Assembly (NCBI RefSeq): GCF_018977255.1
Contig: NW_024704742.1
Coordinates: 106,828,001 to 106,892,000, forward strand
Source: Callorhinchus milii
Lineage: Eukaryota
Length of the DNA stretch: 64,000 nucleotides
Direction: 5' to 3'
Translations under genes and position numbers: made by a program
The notes under the pieces: model-generated
The model's input: only the letters and a program-made list of their open reading frames with translations
Databases searched by the model: none
Told to the model about the DNA's origin: nothing
Part shown: one piece after another, positions 37,965-51,249 of the stretch
How positions within the stretch are numbered: position 1 is the first letter of the stretch
Layout of the letters: each line of letters starts with the position of its first letter

Positions 37965-39716
37965 TACTCCTCATTCCAATTCCTGTGAGTTCATGTTAGT
38001 CAATGTCTGTTAGGAATTTATACCAGAAGTTAGCTTAGCTTTTATGGCTGATACTCATAAGATGCAAAGCCAGGACAGAAACTTAAAACATTTTAATGAT
38101 TGTGCATTGTGAACATAGATATTTGCTAACATTTCTCTGGAAGATCTATGCTGAATTGATGATTACACTTTTTTAAAAAAATAACGACCTGTCATTTTCC
38201 CTTTTTAAATATCATGCTTCACAGAATATATTATAAAGTGGATTGACTGTGTATGTGGGCAAAATTTCATGTTGTAGAAATTGACACAAACATAGGTTTT
38301 GCACAAAAGTAAATGTTCATGTATTTTCTGCACATCAATGCTATTCACTGCAAGATAAGAATGGGAGCAGCCAAATGGACCATAATGGTCTTATTGAGTC
38401 CTATGTAAGAAATGGATTGACAAGGTAATGCTTAAGTAAATATTTTAAAAATCTACACTATTCTTATTTCCCAGACTCTTCCAATTGAATTATTACAAAA
38501 AGCTATTGAATTTCCTCTTGAATTTGCCGATACAATCTGCCTCCATCACCTTCCTGGATAGTCAGTTCATATATTCAGCATTCTCTATGTAAAATAAGTG
38601 CATCTGAACTATCTTCTACAATTTCATACAAAAACACAGATAATACAGCGGTGCATTACTCCAGCTCTCAGCAGGGTAAAATATATATAAATAATTCTTG
38701 CATTGATATAGTTCCTAATATCAAAATGCCTTAAAGCATGTCAGAGTTTTCTGTAAGTGTAGTGACTATGCATTTGGTAGGCAAACTTATCACACTGTTG
38801 ACACATCTCAAAGCGCTTCACAGAATATATTGTAAAGTGGATTGGCTGTCTATTTGTGGGAGAAATTGTATCTTGTAGAAATGGACACAAACTAACATTT
38901 TACTCAAAAATGTTCATTTATTTTCTGCACTTCAATGCTGTTCACTGCAAGGTAAGAATGGCACTAGCCAAATGGAACACAATGGTTTTTTTGGGTCCCA
39001 CATAGGATATGGATTGAAATGTAACATCAAGATGATTCTTTAATAAAATTTAAATGCACACAGCAATGAACCACACACATCCATGACCATTTTTTTTTAA
39101 TCTGGTAGACTGTGGCCACTGAGAGAAACACCCTTCCCTTTTTGATGCTGCAAGGAATCACAATGCAGTGATAGGATAAGAAAATACAGCGTAAGGAAAT
39201 ACATACCAAAACCATAAATCAGATTACTGGTAGTAACCTCAGTTATTTATAACTTTTGACAAGTGAGGTTTTCCCAGCATAAACAACCTGATGGGATTTA
39301 TGAATTTGTACCATTCCAATTTTTTTTACAAAATGTTCAAAGCATTTGAAATATTTGCAACTCCGCCAAAGATTTTAAATGAGCATAACGGTAGATGAGT
39401 TCACAATTCAACTTTATTTTTATAAAATGTAGACTCATGTCCTGTGAATCTTGCTGACCACGGATGGATCTTTTACAACAACAACTTGCATTTATATAGC
39501 GCCCCTCATGCAGGATAGCATCCCAGAGCGCATGCATTCATGAAATAAATGCATGGCTACTGCTACGATATACTAATTTTCCCAATACAAATTCTTATTT
39601 GAAGATATAAAAACTGTGAGACCACCATATGCTCTTATAGAGAAAAGTATTACAGGAAAACATGCACTTCGTATCAGACTAAAGGAGCTGACACCTTTTC
39701 AATACTGAGTACTTAC

Positions 39717-39774
39717 CTATATAGGATTTCTGTCCAAATGGCACAGGAACTGACATGCAGAAGTAGCTATCTGA
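39717..39774 (-). CDS. PAM: PAM coding exon 3 (SDSYFCMSVPVPFGQKSYI)
   Basis: ttttcttttacag| acceptor, TAG|gtaagt donor; 58 nt, phase 0 to 1; matches the PHM SDTYFCMS motif. Confidence 0.95.
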
Positions 39775-40157
39775 CTGTAAAAGAAAATGGAATAAGAAAA
39801 AAATTAAAACACTGAATAATTGTAACATTGAATGTCTGTTTAATAATTAGGCATACATATGACTTCACTTAGGTTAGAAGTTTCCCAACAAAAGTTGAGC
39901 AACTTAATGCATTGCTATATCCCGATATGCAAACGTATGGTTCACAATTTATAAAATGGTGAGCTCATAATTTTCCCCAGATTGTCAGATAGAAGTGGCG
40001 AGAGATGCACTTTGACAGAAAGAGAATTTTGTTGTAAAAAAAAGTCCAAGTCAATCTGCCACTAAATGATTACAGAACTCTGGAAGAGATTCAGGAGCTA
40101 CATAAGCACTGGATGGCCAAATGAAACACACAAAGATACTGAGATTGAGTATCTGAG

Positions 40158-40332
40158 ATCAAGACTGAGATTGATAGATTTCTAAAGGATAGAGAGATTA
40201 ACGGATATGGGGATAAGGCGGACAGATGGAGTTAGCTTAGAAGATCAGCCATGATCTTATTGAATGGCGGGGCAGGCTCGAGGGACCGAATGGCCTACTC
40301 CTGCTCCTAATTCCGATGTTCTTATGTTCCTA
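40158..40332 (+). mobile_element. CR1 LINE 3' end
   Basis: gatcagccatgatcttattgaatggcggggcaggctcgagggaccgaatggcctactcctgctcct with a (gttcttat) tail. Confidence 0.8.
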
Positions 40333-41042
40333 TACCAGAAATCAAGTCACTCGCTAGTAGAACAAGGAAATATAAATAGATTCAAAAACAAACTAGACAA
40401 GTCCTTTGAAGTTAAAAGGATTCAGGGTTGTGATTTGATGATTGATTGTTGAAGGAATCTTTTGGGAAATGTACCAATGACCTACGCTTGCCTGAAAAGA
40501 TTACTGTGCTACCAGCTGCTGTGTGATTTTCATGGAACAAAGCCAAAATTATAAGATCATGTGAGGAAATATCAGATAAGACATTTCCTTTAACTTAGAG
40601 ACGGTCTCCACAAATCACATTTGTAATTTTTTTCCTCAGCCAAAAAATCATCTGCCAGACTGAAGCAGTACATGCAGAGATGGATCAGCGATGACAACAA
40701 TAGAACTGATCTGACCTGTCACTACACTCACTGCACTGTGCTCCCACGTGTACACACGTTTACTTTTCATCATGTTGGCAAATTAGAAGTTTTACTGCAG
40801 ATGGGTAACCTTTTGTATCTTAAATGTTCAGCTTTGGTTATTCAATTTGACTCACATTTATCTTAAAAACCGAAAGCAACAAGCTTTATAAACTTTTGCA
40901 AAACCGAGCAGCTTTGATAATCTTGTGATCCTACTCTGAGCCATTACTGCAAATAAATAAAATGGCCAATTGGGTGTCAATTAATGTCAGATTAGAAGCA
41001 GGCTTTGTCCTTTTTTTCTCCCACACCCAATAACTGTATATT

Positions 41043-41248
41043 AATAATCCCTCCAAAAATACAAAACAATAATAAATTGGTCATTTTTAATCTATATGAC
41101 TGTTTGTGGGACATTGCTGTGCGCAATTGGCTGCTGCGTTCGCCCACAAATATAGTCAATTCACTTTACAGTGTGTTCTGTGAAGCGCTTTGGGATGTCC
41201 TCCTGACGTGAAAAGCGCTATATCAAATGCAAGGATTATTATTATTAT
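41043..41248 (+). mobile_element. SINE lacking its head
   Basis: Body and tail nearly identical to the 3' part of 32025-32340. Confidence 0.88.
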
Positions 41249-44200
41249 AACTGGGGCGAGACTGATCAAAATTATTTCAAGAGAATTTTTAAAGCCAGAA
41301 AAGTTAATGTCGCGGAGGCCAAAACAACACATTAATAGGGGCCTGAGGTGGATGTGAAAACAGTGCAAATAACAGGGTATTAGACAAAATACAATCTGCA
41401 GTACTTCTTTTCCAATCTTGCATAAATTGAATTTTTTTTTGGTAAACTGACTATCTTGATGCAAACAGAAACCTCTCACCATACTTAAGAACACCAAATC
41501 AGACTGTAATTGTTGAGACTTGGGCACTGAAAGAAACTTCCTTCTGTTTTCGAATAATGCCATGGCACGTTTAACATCCACCAAAACAGGCAACAGGAAC
41601 TCAGTTTAACATCTCCTAGAAAGGACGGCACCTCCGGAACTATTAGCTTAGGCTGTGAGCTCAAAATCCAAACATGGGACTTGAGCCCAGAACCTTCTAT
41701 TTGTTCAAGCTTTGGTTCACAGATTTAATAGGAGTCAATTGGGACGAGTCCCTTCCAAGTTTTGCCGACTAGCCGGCTTGACATCAGCAGTGCCCTGCAG
41801 TTCTGCGGAGCCGCCTGGCTCATAACCGGACAACTGAGAATGTTACTTGATTCTGACATTTCGCTGCCAAGCACAACATCTCAGCTCCAAGGAGATTCTT
41901 TGTACCTCTGCCTCCCAAGGAGCATAGTCAATAGACTTTTTATTTTTCTGACAAGTACAGGTTTGAGGCCTCACTAGATAGATAGCAAGTACCAGGAACT
42001 TGCTGCAAGTTTTCTGTTGAGGAACTCAGCTCAGCATGCAATGTATGAAGGCACTGCCAACATCCTCCTGCTGACAGCTTGGACATACACATCACCCATG
42101 AGCTTGAACATCAGCTGCTTACCTCTCTGCATACCAATCAAGCCCTGGATATAGGAACGTGCATTCATGAAAGGCCCTTCCAATAGATGTTGTCCCAAGT
42201 TTCAGAATAGCCAATACAAGTACAATAAGTGAGCCAGTTCAAATGTGTAACTGACTTGCTTAGTGCTACCCATCGACAGGACAAAGTAAAAAAGGTGTTT
42301 ACAGGCATGGCAAAAATCTAGTTTTTCAAAATTGATCAAATTCAGTGCAGCCTATTTAGAAAAGTTATTTCCAGTGAATACAACTGTATTTCCAATATCT
42401 GAATTCAGCATTATTGTAACGTTTAAACACCTCGCACACCAGGAAGAATTACATGTTTAATGTAATCAGATGGTTAATGAATGAGGCCTTCTGAGAAGTT
42501 AACTCATGCTCCATGGCTACTAGGGAACAAGCTCCTATCAATCAATGAAGCCAACTGAAAACCATCCCTCCAATCAATGAATGTATCCACCAGCTGTTGA
42601 GAAGTACTGGTTTAACTATCGTGTAATACCATTTAGATTATACAGCCTTCATTAGACGCTAAATTTGTTTTATAAAGACTTACAATAAAAGCTCCCAATG
42701 TAGAATTATTAGACAATGCTACTGGGAAATTGCTGTATTTGCTTAAATTGCAGTCCAGCTTCTGTGCAGCTCCATTCATAATGGATTTTTAGCTTGATAA
42801 ATTAGTCCTCGTGATATGCAGTGTTCAACATGCTATGTTTTCTAATCATTGAAAAAAAAATGAATGTTTACAAGTGACACCTAGCAAGATGGTTAGGCTT
42901 TTATTTTTTCCTCCCAATGTTCAACAAACATTGTCCTCAATTGAATGTATTTACCTCCGTTTCTCTTTCTGCAGAGAGAAGGAAGGGAGGGAGTTCATGG
43001 GTAATGTTTCCCCTCAGGTAGCTCACCCACCTAAGAGAACATTTAGTTTTGAGTCTCAACAGTGTATGTCACAAGCTAATCGATCGAGGAGAGAGAACGA
43101 TGATGTGATGTTATAGCTAACCCCTATCCTTATTATGATTATTATTATTATTCAACATACTATGTTTTCTAATCATTGAAAAAGAAAGCTGAGTGTTTAC
43201 AAGCGACACCTAGCAAGGTGGTTAGGCTTTTATTTTTTCCTCCCAATGTTTATTATTATTATTATTTGGGGATCAAATATGGGTCCTTCTCATCCAGATA
43301 ATAATAAAAATAATAATCCTTACATTTAGTTTTGCGCCATCAGGAGGACGTTCCAAAGCGCTTCACAAGATATACTGTAAAATGTGGTGACCTTGTGTTT
43401 TGTGGACGGAACATGGCTGCCAGACTGCAAACAGCAACCGTCCACAAACAGCCGTGAAGTGATAAACCAAACACTTCCTGGCTGCTGGCTCAGCCATTCA
43501 CCGAATAACCTCACTGAATCACCACAGAGCCATATATTAAGATTTTTAAAGAGTTTCAAGGAACCATGATTGAAACTTTCCAATACCACCAATCTTTTTT
43601 TTGTGTCAAATATTTGTCCAGATTTCTGTCAGGAATGTGGACAATTTAAAATATATTTAAAATTTAACCCAAACCCAAAATACATTTAAGAGTTCAAAGT
43701 AAATGTAACTCACGATTTCCTCACTTTCCTGCATTTCATTATGTGACAGTATTGCCTATTACATCCAAAGAGGGCCTAAAGTGTCGTGAATATTTTCTGC
43801 AGCAGTCTCAGGCACTTTCAAGACCGAACATTCCAATACTGGGGATATTCATTAAATACATATAATTAGAAATAACAACCATGTGCATTTATCTTTTCAA
43901 GAGCCTCCTCTTTGACCGTGCTTTCGATCTCCCTGCTTCCCCCCCCGCCCTGACCCTCAGCTCGGGTATGTAACTCTGTCTGTCCAGCACCTTGGGACGT
44001 CCTCCTGACATGAAAGGTGCTATACAAGTATAATTTTGTTGTTGCTGCTGTTGAAGAGCTTTAAAATCTATGTTTTAAAGCAACACCCCTCCAATTCCAC
44101 TGGTCTGTGAAATGAGAGCTGAGCCATATCTACAGAGCAGAAACTGACTTCACAATTCACAAGATAGCTAGTCTTAAATGAGTGCTTGCTACAGCACAGA

Positions 44201-46089
44201 AAGGCACACAGCGTGTAAGAAATAAATGTTATGATGCAGAGGTTTCTTTATTTTCTGGCAGCTCATTGCAGTGTAGTACAGATACAACGTACTGGCAAGC
44301 TGTACAGATGGGAGTCCACTTGCCAAATGTGAAAAATTACTTAAAGATCACTGCAGCAAACCAAGGCTGACAAAAACAGCCTTGGTTTGCATTCCAACAA
44401 ATCTGCAAGCAGTGAACATTGGATTAAATCTTTTTTGTTACCCTCTAAGTAAAGAAAAACTTCCTGTATCTATCCTGAAATTGCCCTTTACAACTCTAAG
44501 CGTTCCGAGATGCTACCCTGCATGAAGGGCACTATATAAACGCAAGTTGTTGTTGTAAACTTTAGGTCCTTCTGTCTGGTGAATAATTTGTCATTTGAGC
44601 TTTCATTATGATGATATTCTTTGCTATTAAATTCAAAGTGGTGGTTACAAACAACACAAAGTAAAAAAACAATTTAACACTTTTTTGGCACTCGACTAGA
44701 ATGAATTTTTGATGTCCTGAATAAATCTCTAGAAGTCTTATCAGGTTTAATGGACAAAACTGATAGGGATAAGATCCTTCTTAAATAATTTGCGTTACCA
44801 TCTAGCGCTGCAATCTCAAACCATTTAGAAGATACTTTCTGATCTGACTGGCAGAGATTGAGATTTAAAATATGTACTTCAAACTATTGATCTACACTGC
44901 AGTATTGATTAATTCTCCATGTATACCCTCAGTGTCTAATCCTTCAAATATTACCATTCATATCTTGCAGTTCATCTATTGTATTAAGTGTTTTGTGTAG
45001 CCCCGTTAAAATCTTCCTTGTTGTAGCACTAATTTGCGCAAATCAAGTGTGGACGCCATTCACTGCGCAAATTAGCTGCTATGGTTGTACATAAAGCACA
45101 CTATTGCTGCACTTTATCCTGTGAAGCAATTTGAAACATCCTCCTAACATGAAAGACACAATACCAAATGTAAGGATTGTGCACCCAGCCAGTTGAATCG
45201 GTTCCTGTACTAAAAGTGACCATTATGCTGCAAACGTCATTCTTGCACGTTCAAAGCACACAGGAAACATTGAAGGGATCTGATGGCACAGAAGTAACCT
45301 ATTAAACACTGGAATCAGCTGGTACATAAGAACCGAGTTGGCTGCTTATGTGCATGCGCACATGCAACTATCGTGGTCTCGCTGTAAGGGGGATTGGAAT
45401 TTAATGGATGTCAACTACCACCTCTAATAACAAGCCTCCAATGTACAATGTAGCATGGTAACTTTGACAAACATTCACAATAAAGTTTGCTGTTAAAGGC
45501 TAAGATTGCTAAATTTACAACAAATAATTAATGTATTTAGCAATCAGAATGTATTAATTGCAAAGAATACTTCACATTGCAATTTATTTATCTAAAGGAA
45601 CTATATGTTTTCACAATACCGGACAGGACTTGGTGGCAGGCCTGTCAAACACTTGTGGTTATAAATTAAAACGGTGTGGAAGACTGTGAAAGGTAAGAAA
45701 CTACAACAAGTTTCTATCTATAATGTACATCACAATTCATGCATTCAATCCCAGAAACAGAAAAATCTAAATCTTCTACTCAATTGATTTTTTTTGTTAA
45801 AAATACCAGATAATACCAGATTTGCTATAAATCCTACATACATGTATTACTGCAGATTAGGTGCAGTCCAACTAAAAGCTTTTCAAAAGCACCAGATACA
45901 ATGGAACAAAATGCAAATCCTTTGCAATGCTACATTTTGGGATTATTCAGCACGGCTCCAAAGTATACTACATTGCTAATTTACAGCAATAATTTAAGCG
46001 CACTTCTCTGCAATTGAACTCTATTGCAAATTTCTTTAAAAATCTTTTATTTATGAATGTCGATCGTTGGTAATAATATGTGTCATCCT

Positions 46090-46590
46090 GGGGTGTGTTG
46101 TATTGTCAGAGATGTTGTCCTTCGGATGAGACATTAAATTGAGGTCCCGTCTGCCTACTCAGGTAAGCTTTAAAGATCCCAGGGCACTATTCGAGAAGAG
46201 AAGGGAGTTTCTCACGGTGCCAACAATCCCCCAAATAAATTTGGTTATTCATTTCATGACTCTTTGACAGACAATGCTGTGTGCAAATCGGCTGCCACGT
46301 TCGTCCACAGATGCAGTCTTTCCCCTGTACTCTGTCTGATCCGGCCCACCATCACTGGGTGAATTTTCAGTTATTTTGCCCCTTCCTTTTGGACCTTCAT
46401 CCTCATGTCCCTCTGCCTTGCTCCCTACCTCCCACCTTTAAAACCTACCTTAAGCCCATCTGTTCGACCATGCTTTCGATCACCTTTACCCCGCCGCCAC
46501 CCGCCTCAGCTTCCCTCCCCAACAAGATCAGGCTCCTGATGCCAGAGTATGAAGCTCTTTGAGACATCCTCCCAACTTTAAAGGTGCTAC
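46090..46590 (+). mobile_element. Deu-domain SINE fragment followed by an L2 3' fragment
   Basis: ttcggatgagacattaaattgaggtcccgtctgcc...aaagatcccagggcactattcgagaagag Deu core, then L2 3' sequence similar to 8930-9400. Confidence 0.75.
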
Positions 46591-47544
46591 ATAAATATAA
46601 ATTATGATATTTTGGGATCAGGTTGTAATGATCTGGGATCATTAAAAATTCTACAATAATAATTAGACAATAATCAGTCATTAATACTTCATTAGAAATC
46701 TGCCTCTGGTCAAGTATGTGTTTGTCTGTAGTCTATTGAATTAAGTCTACCTTATTTGTATGGATGACAATTGTGCAAACATTTACAAGAAAAAGTAGAT
46801 ACCTCTACTGTATCCGGCTAGACCTTGATCTCATTTCTTTACCCAGAGGTAATTAACAACTGGAACAGGTTATGAGAAATGATGGTGAAGGCCAGTACAT
46901 TTGATTGTTTAAAAAAAAAACAGCTTGATGCTGTGATGGGAGAACTGAAAGAATACGATCAATTGGGCCAAAGGGCATTCTTCATCCAAACTAATCTTGT
47001 GAGATGTGCATTGTAGTTGTATATATGAATGAATCAATATATATGTTTAAATGGATAAAACATGAAACTCTGGGTTTTAACAGCATTTCTGCTGCCCTCT
47101 TTACACGTTCTGCAATTTTACATTAGAATCACTATTACACAAACTCTGGGAGTGGTTGCTAAATAAAAAGGTGACTCAAACATATAGCTTTGTATTGTAT
47201 AACAAGCTATCTGTTCCAGTTTATTTTACTGTATCTAACAAACCTTCTCAATAACTCAAAAATTGCTAAAATTAAAAGGACATTTGTTGCAGCTCATTAA
47301 CTATAATTGGGTAAAACAAAATGCTTCCGAATATATCAATTTAAATCCAACGTAGTACTCTATTTTTGTACCTCCTGTGGGAGATTAGCTCACTGACTTT
47401 GACACAAAGATTGAGAAGTCTTGGGTACTACTGTAAGCAGGCAACTAATGTTGGAGCAGCATTCATTAAAAATCAATGGTGATGTTATAATCTCTATACA
47501 CATCTTACAACTGTGTCAAAGAAACAATGTGCAAAAGTTTAAAT

Positions 47545-47985
47545 AATCTATAGAAATTTACAGTGCAGAAAGCTAATTGGCCCATCAAGTCTGCACCACA
47601 TCTCAGAGCAACCTGTACTTTCAATCCCACTGCCCTGTCCGGTCCCCATAACCTTTCAAGCCTCTATCTTTCATGTATGTGTTCATTTCCCTCCTGAATC
47701 CCAACAATGGACTCTGTCTCAACCAATTTATTTGGCGGAGGATTCCACATCCTAACAACTCTGAGTGAAAAAATTCCCCTAAGATCTTCTTGTGACTATC
47801 TTATATTGTTGTCCTCCAGTCACTAATTCCCCTACTGGTAAAAACAGCCTCTCCCTATTTACCCAGCCAAAACACTTCATAATTTTGTACACTTGTCAGG
47901 TCCCCTCTCAACCTCTTCTGCTCCAATGAAAACAGATCCAATTTCTCCAATCACTCCTCATGACTAAAGTCCCTCATCCCTGGAA
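47545..47985 (-). mobile_element. CR1 LINE 3' fragment, decayed
   Basis: Reverse-strand similarity to 14750-15250 (cccctctcaacctcttctgctccaa, ctcctcatgactaaagtccctcatccctgg). Confidence 0.75.
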
Positions 47986-49082
47986 AAAATGAAAATAGTT
48001 GAATAGGAGAGTAGTGGAAACAACTAAGACAACATATTTTTTAAAATGAGGCTCCTTGAACGAAGGCAGGACAAGAAAAGGAGTAGAAGCAATAAGCTTG
48101 AAAAGACCACACAGGTTCTCAAACGCAATCTTTGACAAACTTACCTTATTGGCAAACTTTACTCCAAACCAATCTACCTCTGAGGAAAAGGATTCCGTAA
48201 ATACTGCTCAATACCCAAAAGGTAATCAAGCTAAATCCATAGAATATTCAGCCACTCCTCATATTTCTTCTATTTAAGCACTCCGAGATGCTATCCCATG
48301 TAAAAGCGAATTGTTATTGTTGCTGTTGTTAAACCTGGCCTCCTAATCTGGACACATGATTAAGAGAGTATAAAATTGATGGATATGGGGAAAAGATAGG
48401 ATATGGGATTAGGGATAAGATTGGATCTAGGATAGACATCAAAATCAAAATGTGAAGGATAACAGCTAGTCAACAGTGTGGAGTATAAACACCAGCTGGG
48501 CTGAGCTGTACTTTCTATGAATCTAGGAAACCTTCACATGTGTACTTTCTCCTCGTTATTATATATACACACACAAAGATACACAGGATTCTAATTAAAT
48601 GTGGTTTCAACCAATTATTTTTTCAAGGTTAGATAAATCTCCTTTCTAGTTTAATAACTTCAATAAATTACATAAAACTAAATCAAATGGGTAATGAAAG
48701 GAAAATAAAACTCAATTGACCAAGAAATGTTTTAGCAAACTGTACAACAACAACAAAATCACATTTGTATAGCGCCTTTCACGTCGGGAGGACGTCCCAA
48801 GGCGCTGGACAGTCAGTGTTTCGGCCTCCATAAGGGGGAGGTTAGGGGAAAAAAAACAAAATAAATGCTATTGTTCTCACGAGTTATTAACTACCTTCCA
48901 TTTTGTTGCAAACTCTGATCAGTCTGAAGATTGTATTTTCCATTTGACAAGTATAAGAGAAAGTGATTCACACAATGTTTTGACAAGGAGTGAACTAACA
49001 GGAATAACCATTTGGGGGGTTTTAGGATTTTTACACTATCGACCAGTTGTTATCTTTCATATCGTAATGTCCAGACACTGCT

Positions 49083-49410
49083 ACAACAACAACAACTTGG
49101 ATTTATATAGCGCCTCCACACCGGACGGCATCTCAGAGCGCTTCACAGTTACGGATCCTGGGGTCGAGCCAGGGGGGAGGGGAGGAAGGTGACCAACGGC
49201 TCAGTCGAAAAGAAAGGTCTTCAGCAGGGACCTGAAAATAGGAAGAGAGGGAGCGAGACGAAGGGAGTGAGGAAGGGAGTTCCAAAGCCTTGGGGCATAG
49301 TGACTTTCACAAGCGCAGTCTCTGTAATGTGGGCAGGACGTAAACTGGATTGGAGGGGTTTGAAGAAGGAGTGGAAGGAGAGGTGTGCGCAAAGTTGTTA
49401 AGACAACTTG
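49083..49410 (-). mobile_element. L2 LINE 3' fragments
   Basis: (caa)n tail and APRLWNSLP..SLPIFRSLLKTFLF motif. Confidence 0.75.
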
Positions 49411-50611
49411 TTAAAGTGAAGTGAAGCTACATGTTCTTCCAAGACAGACCTCTACCTCTATGCCCATATTTCTACATCTGAGTGCTCACATAACCTGGCG
49501 TGCAGCTTCCTCTCAGCTCCTCCAATGTAGTTGGCTACATATCCGATATGGATCATGAAGTGCATTGCCAGTGGGACAGTAATTCATTCAAGTGAATGTC
49601 ATTCAGATGATCCAGATGGGCAAAGATACACTGTTAACGTTAACCTCCTTTTAACAGGCAATCCACAAGGAAGGAGGCAGAATCAGATGCATTATGTCTT
49701 CATATATGACAGGCACGCCTTTTTGCTCCATCAATGAGAGATGAATAAAACAACTGCTCACATTTTCATTTTTAAGAATACTTTTGTATGATTAAGTACA
49801 TCCTCTTTTAAGAGGGATGTACGTGAAAGACAGATGGATCCAGATATTGAAAGTAGATGCATTAACCCTTCCAATTTTCATACAAGCATGAAAAGCTGAA
49901 CTGACGCTTCACAGATGGAACAGATTTTATGTAAAGTAAGGCTAACTGGGAGCCCATGTCTTGGGAGTGTGCTTTGATTGTCTGTTAAAGAATTAAAACG
50001 CACAGGCACCTGTTTCCTGCAAGGTTTGGGAGAGTACCAAAGTCACGGAACTACTGTAGTCATCTCATCAGTGCTGGGGAGGCTTTGTTTGATTGTGTAT
50101 ATTCTGGGTTTTGATTTCAAACTGAGAAAATTTTAAATAACCAAATAAACAAGTCATTAGCTTAGTACTGTACAATTCACAGATGCTTTATATTGAATTT
50201 GGGAATATTTTAAATATTCATCTATCACTGTCGTTTTACAAACTTTAAAATAAAGAGAGTGCAATAATTTTACTCTCTTGTCATTCATCAACAATTTGAT
50301 TAACATATTATTAAGTTATCAATTTATTTTAACAAGTTGTGTTAACAAGAATACATATTTTTTAATGGAATATATGTATAGATTTTCTACATTCAGTATT
50401 GCAAGCAGTATTGCAAGCAAACCATGACAACGCACAGAAGATATTTTAGTAATATCAACCTGACCTACTGTGAGTTGCACTTTTGACATAAACCTATTTT
50501 GGGCAATCATTAAAAGAAACTGAAGAAATAAGACATGTAGCAGAATATTAACCGATAGTCAATACAGATTGTCAACAGGATTTCTAAAACAAGAGAGACA
50601 TCAAGGTTACC

Positions 50612-50716
50612 CAACAAAAACAGAGAGAGCTGGGAAAACTCAGCAGGTCAGGCAGGATCTATGGAGAAAGGAAAGTGAGTCAATGTTTCAGGTCCATGAC
50701 CCTTCGTCAGAACTCA
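50612..50716 (-). mobile_element. Penelope-like element terminal-repeat remnant containing a hammerhead-ribozyme-like core
   Basis: Minus strand ctgacgaagggtcatggacctgaaacattgactc...cctgcctgacctgctgagttttcccagc, a repeat I recognise from cartilaginous-fish genomes; the family assignment is from memory. Confidence 0.55.
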
Positions 50717-51249
50717 ATTTCATTTTCTATTGTCATTTTCTATCAACCACAAAATACAGTCACTAATACTTCACAGCAAATCCTGTGAAACACTTTGAGA
50801 TATCCTCTTAACATGAAATGTTAATATCAAATGCAAGGATCATTGTTATTATAGAACTTATTTTAAGTCTTGTAATTTTACATCTTGACTCACTAAGGCA
50901 AAACAAGATAAAGTATTTAGCTTGGCAACCTAAAAATGAAAATCATAGCCATTGGAGGATCCGTCTGCCGATTCAAGTTGGACATTAAAGAACTTATGGA
51001 ACCATTGGAAAAGAGAAAAACATTTACTCTGAAGTCCTGCCAACAATCCTCCAGATACTTTTTTATATATTCTTTTCATGACTGTTTGTAGCACATTGCT
51101 GTGTGCAAATTGGCTGCTGTATCCACTTCCAAAATATACAGTCACTACACTTTACAATGAATCTATAATATAATTATATATTATATTATAAATTATATAC
51201 TATATATAGTAAATCTAGTGCAGTAGATCGAGAAATTTCAACACTTTGA

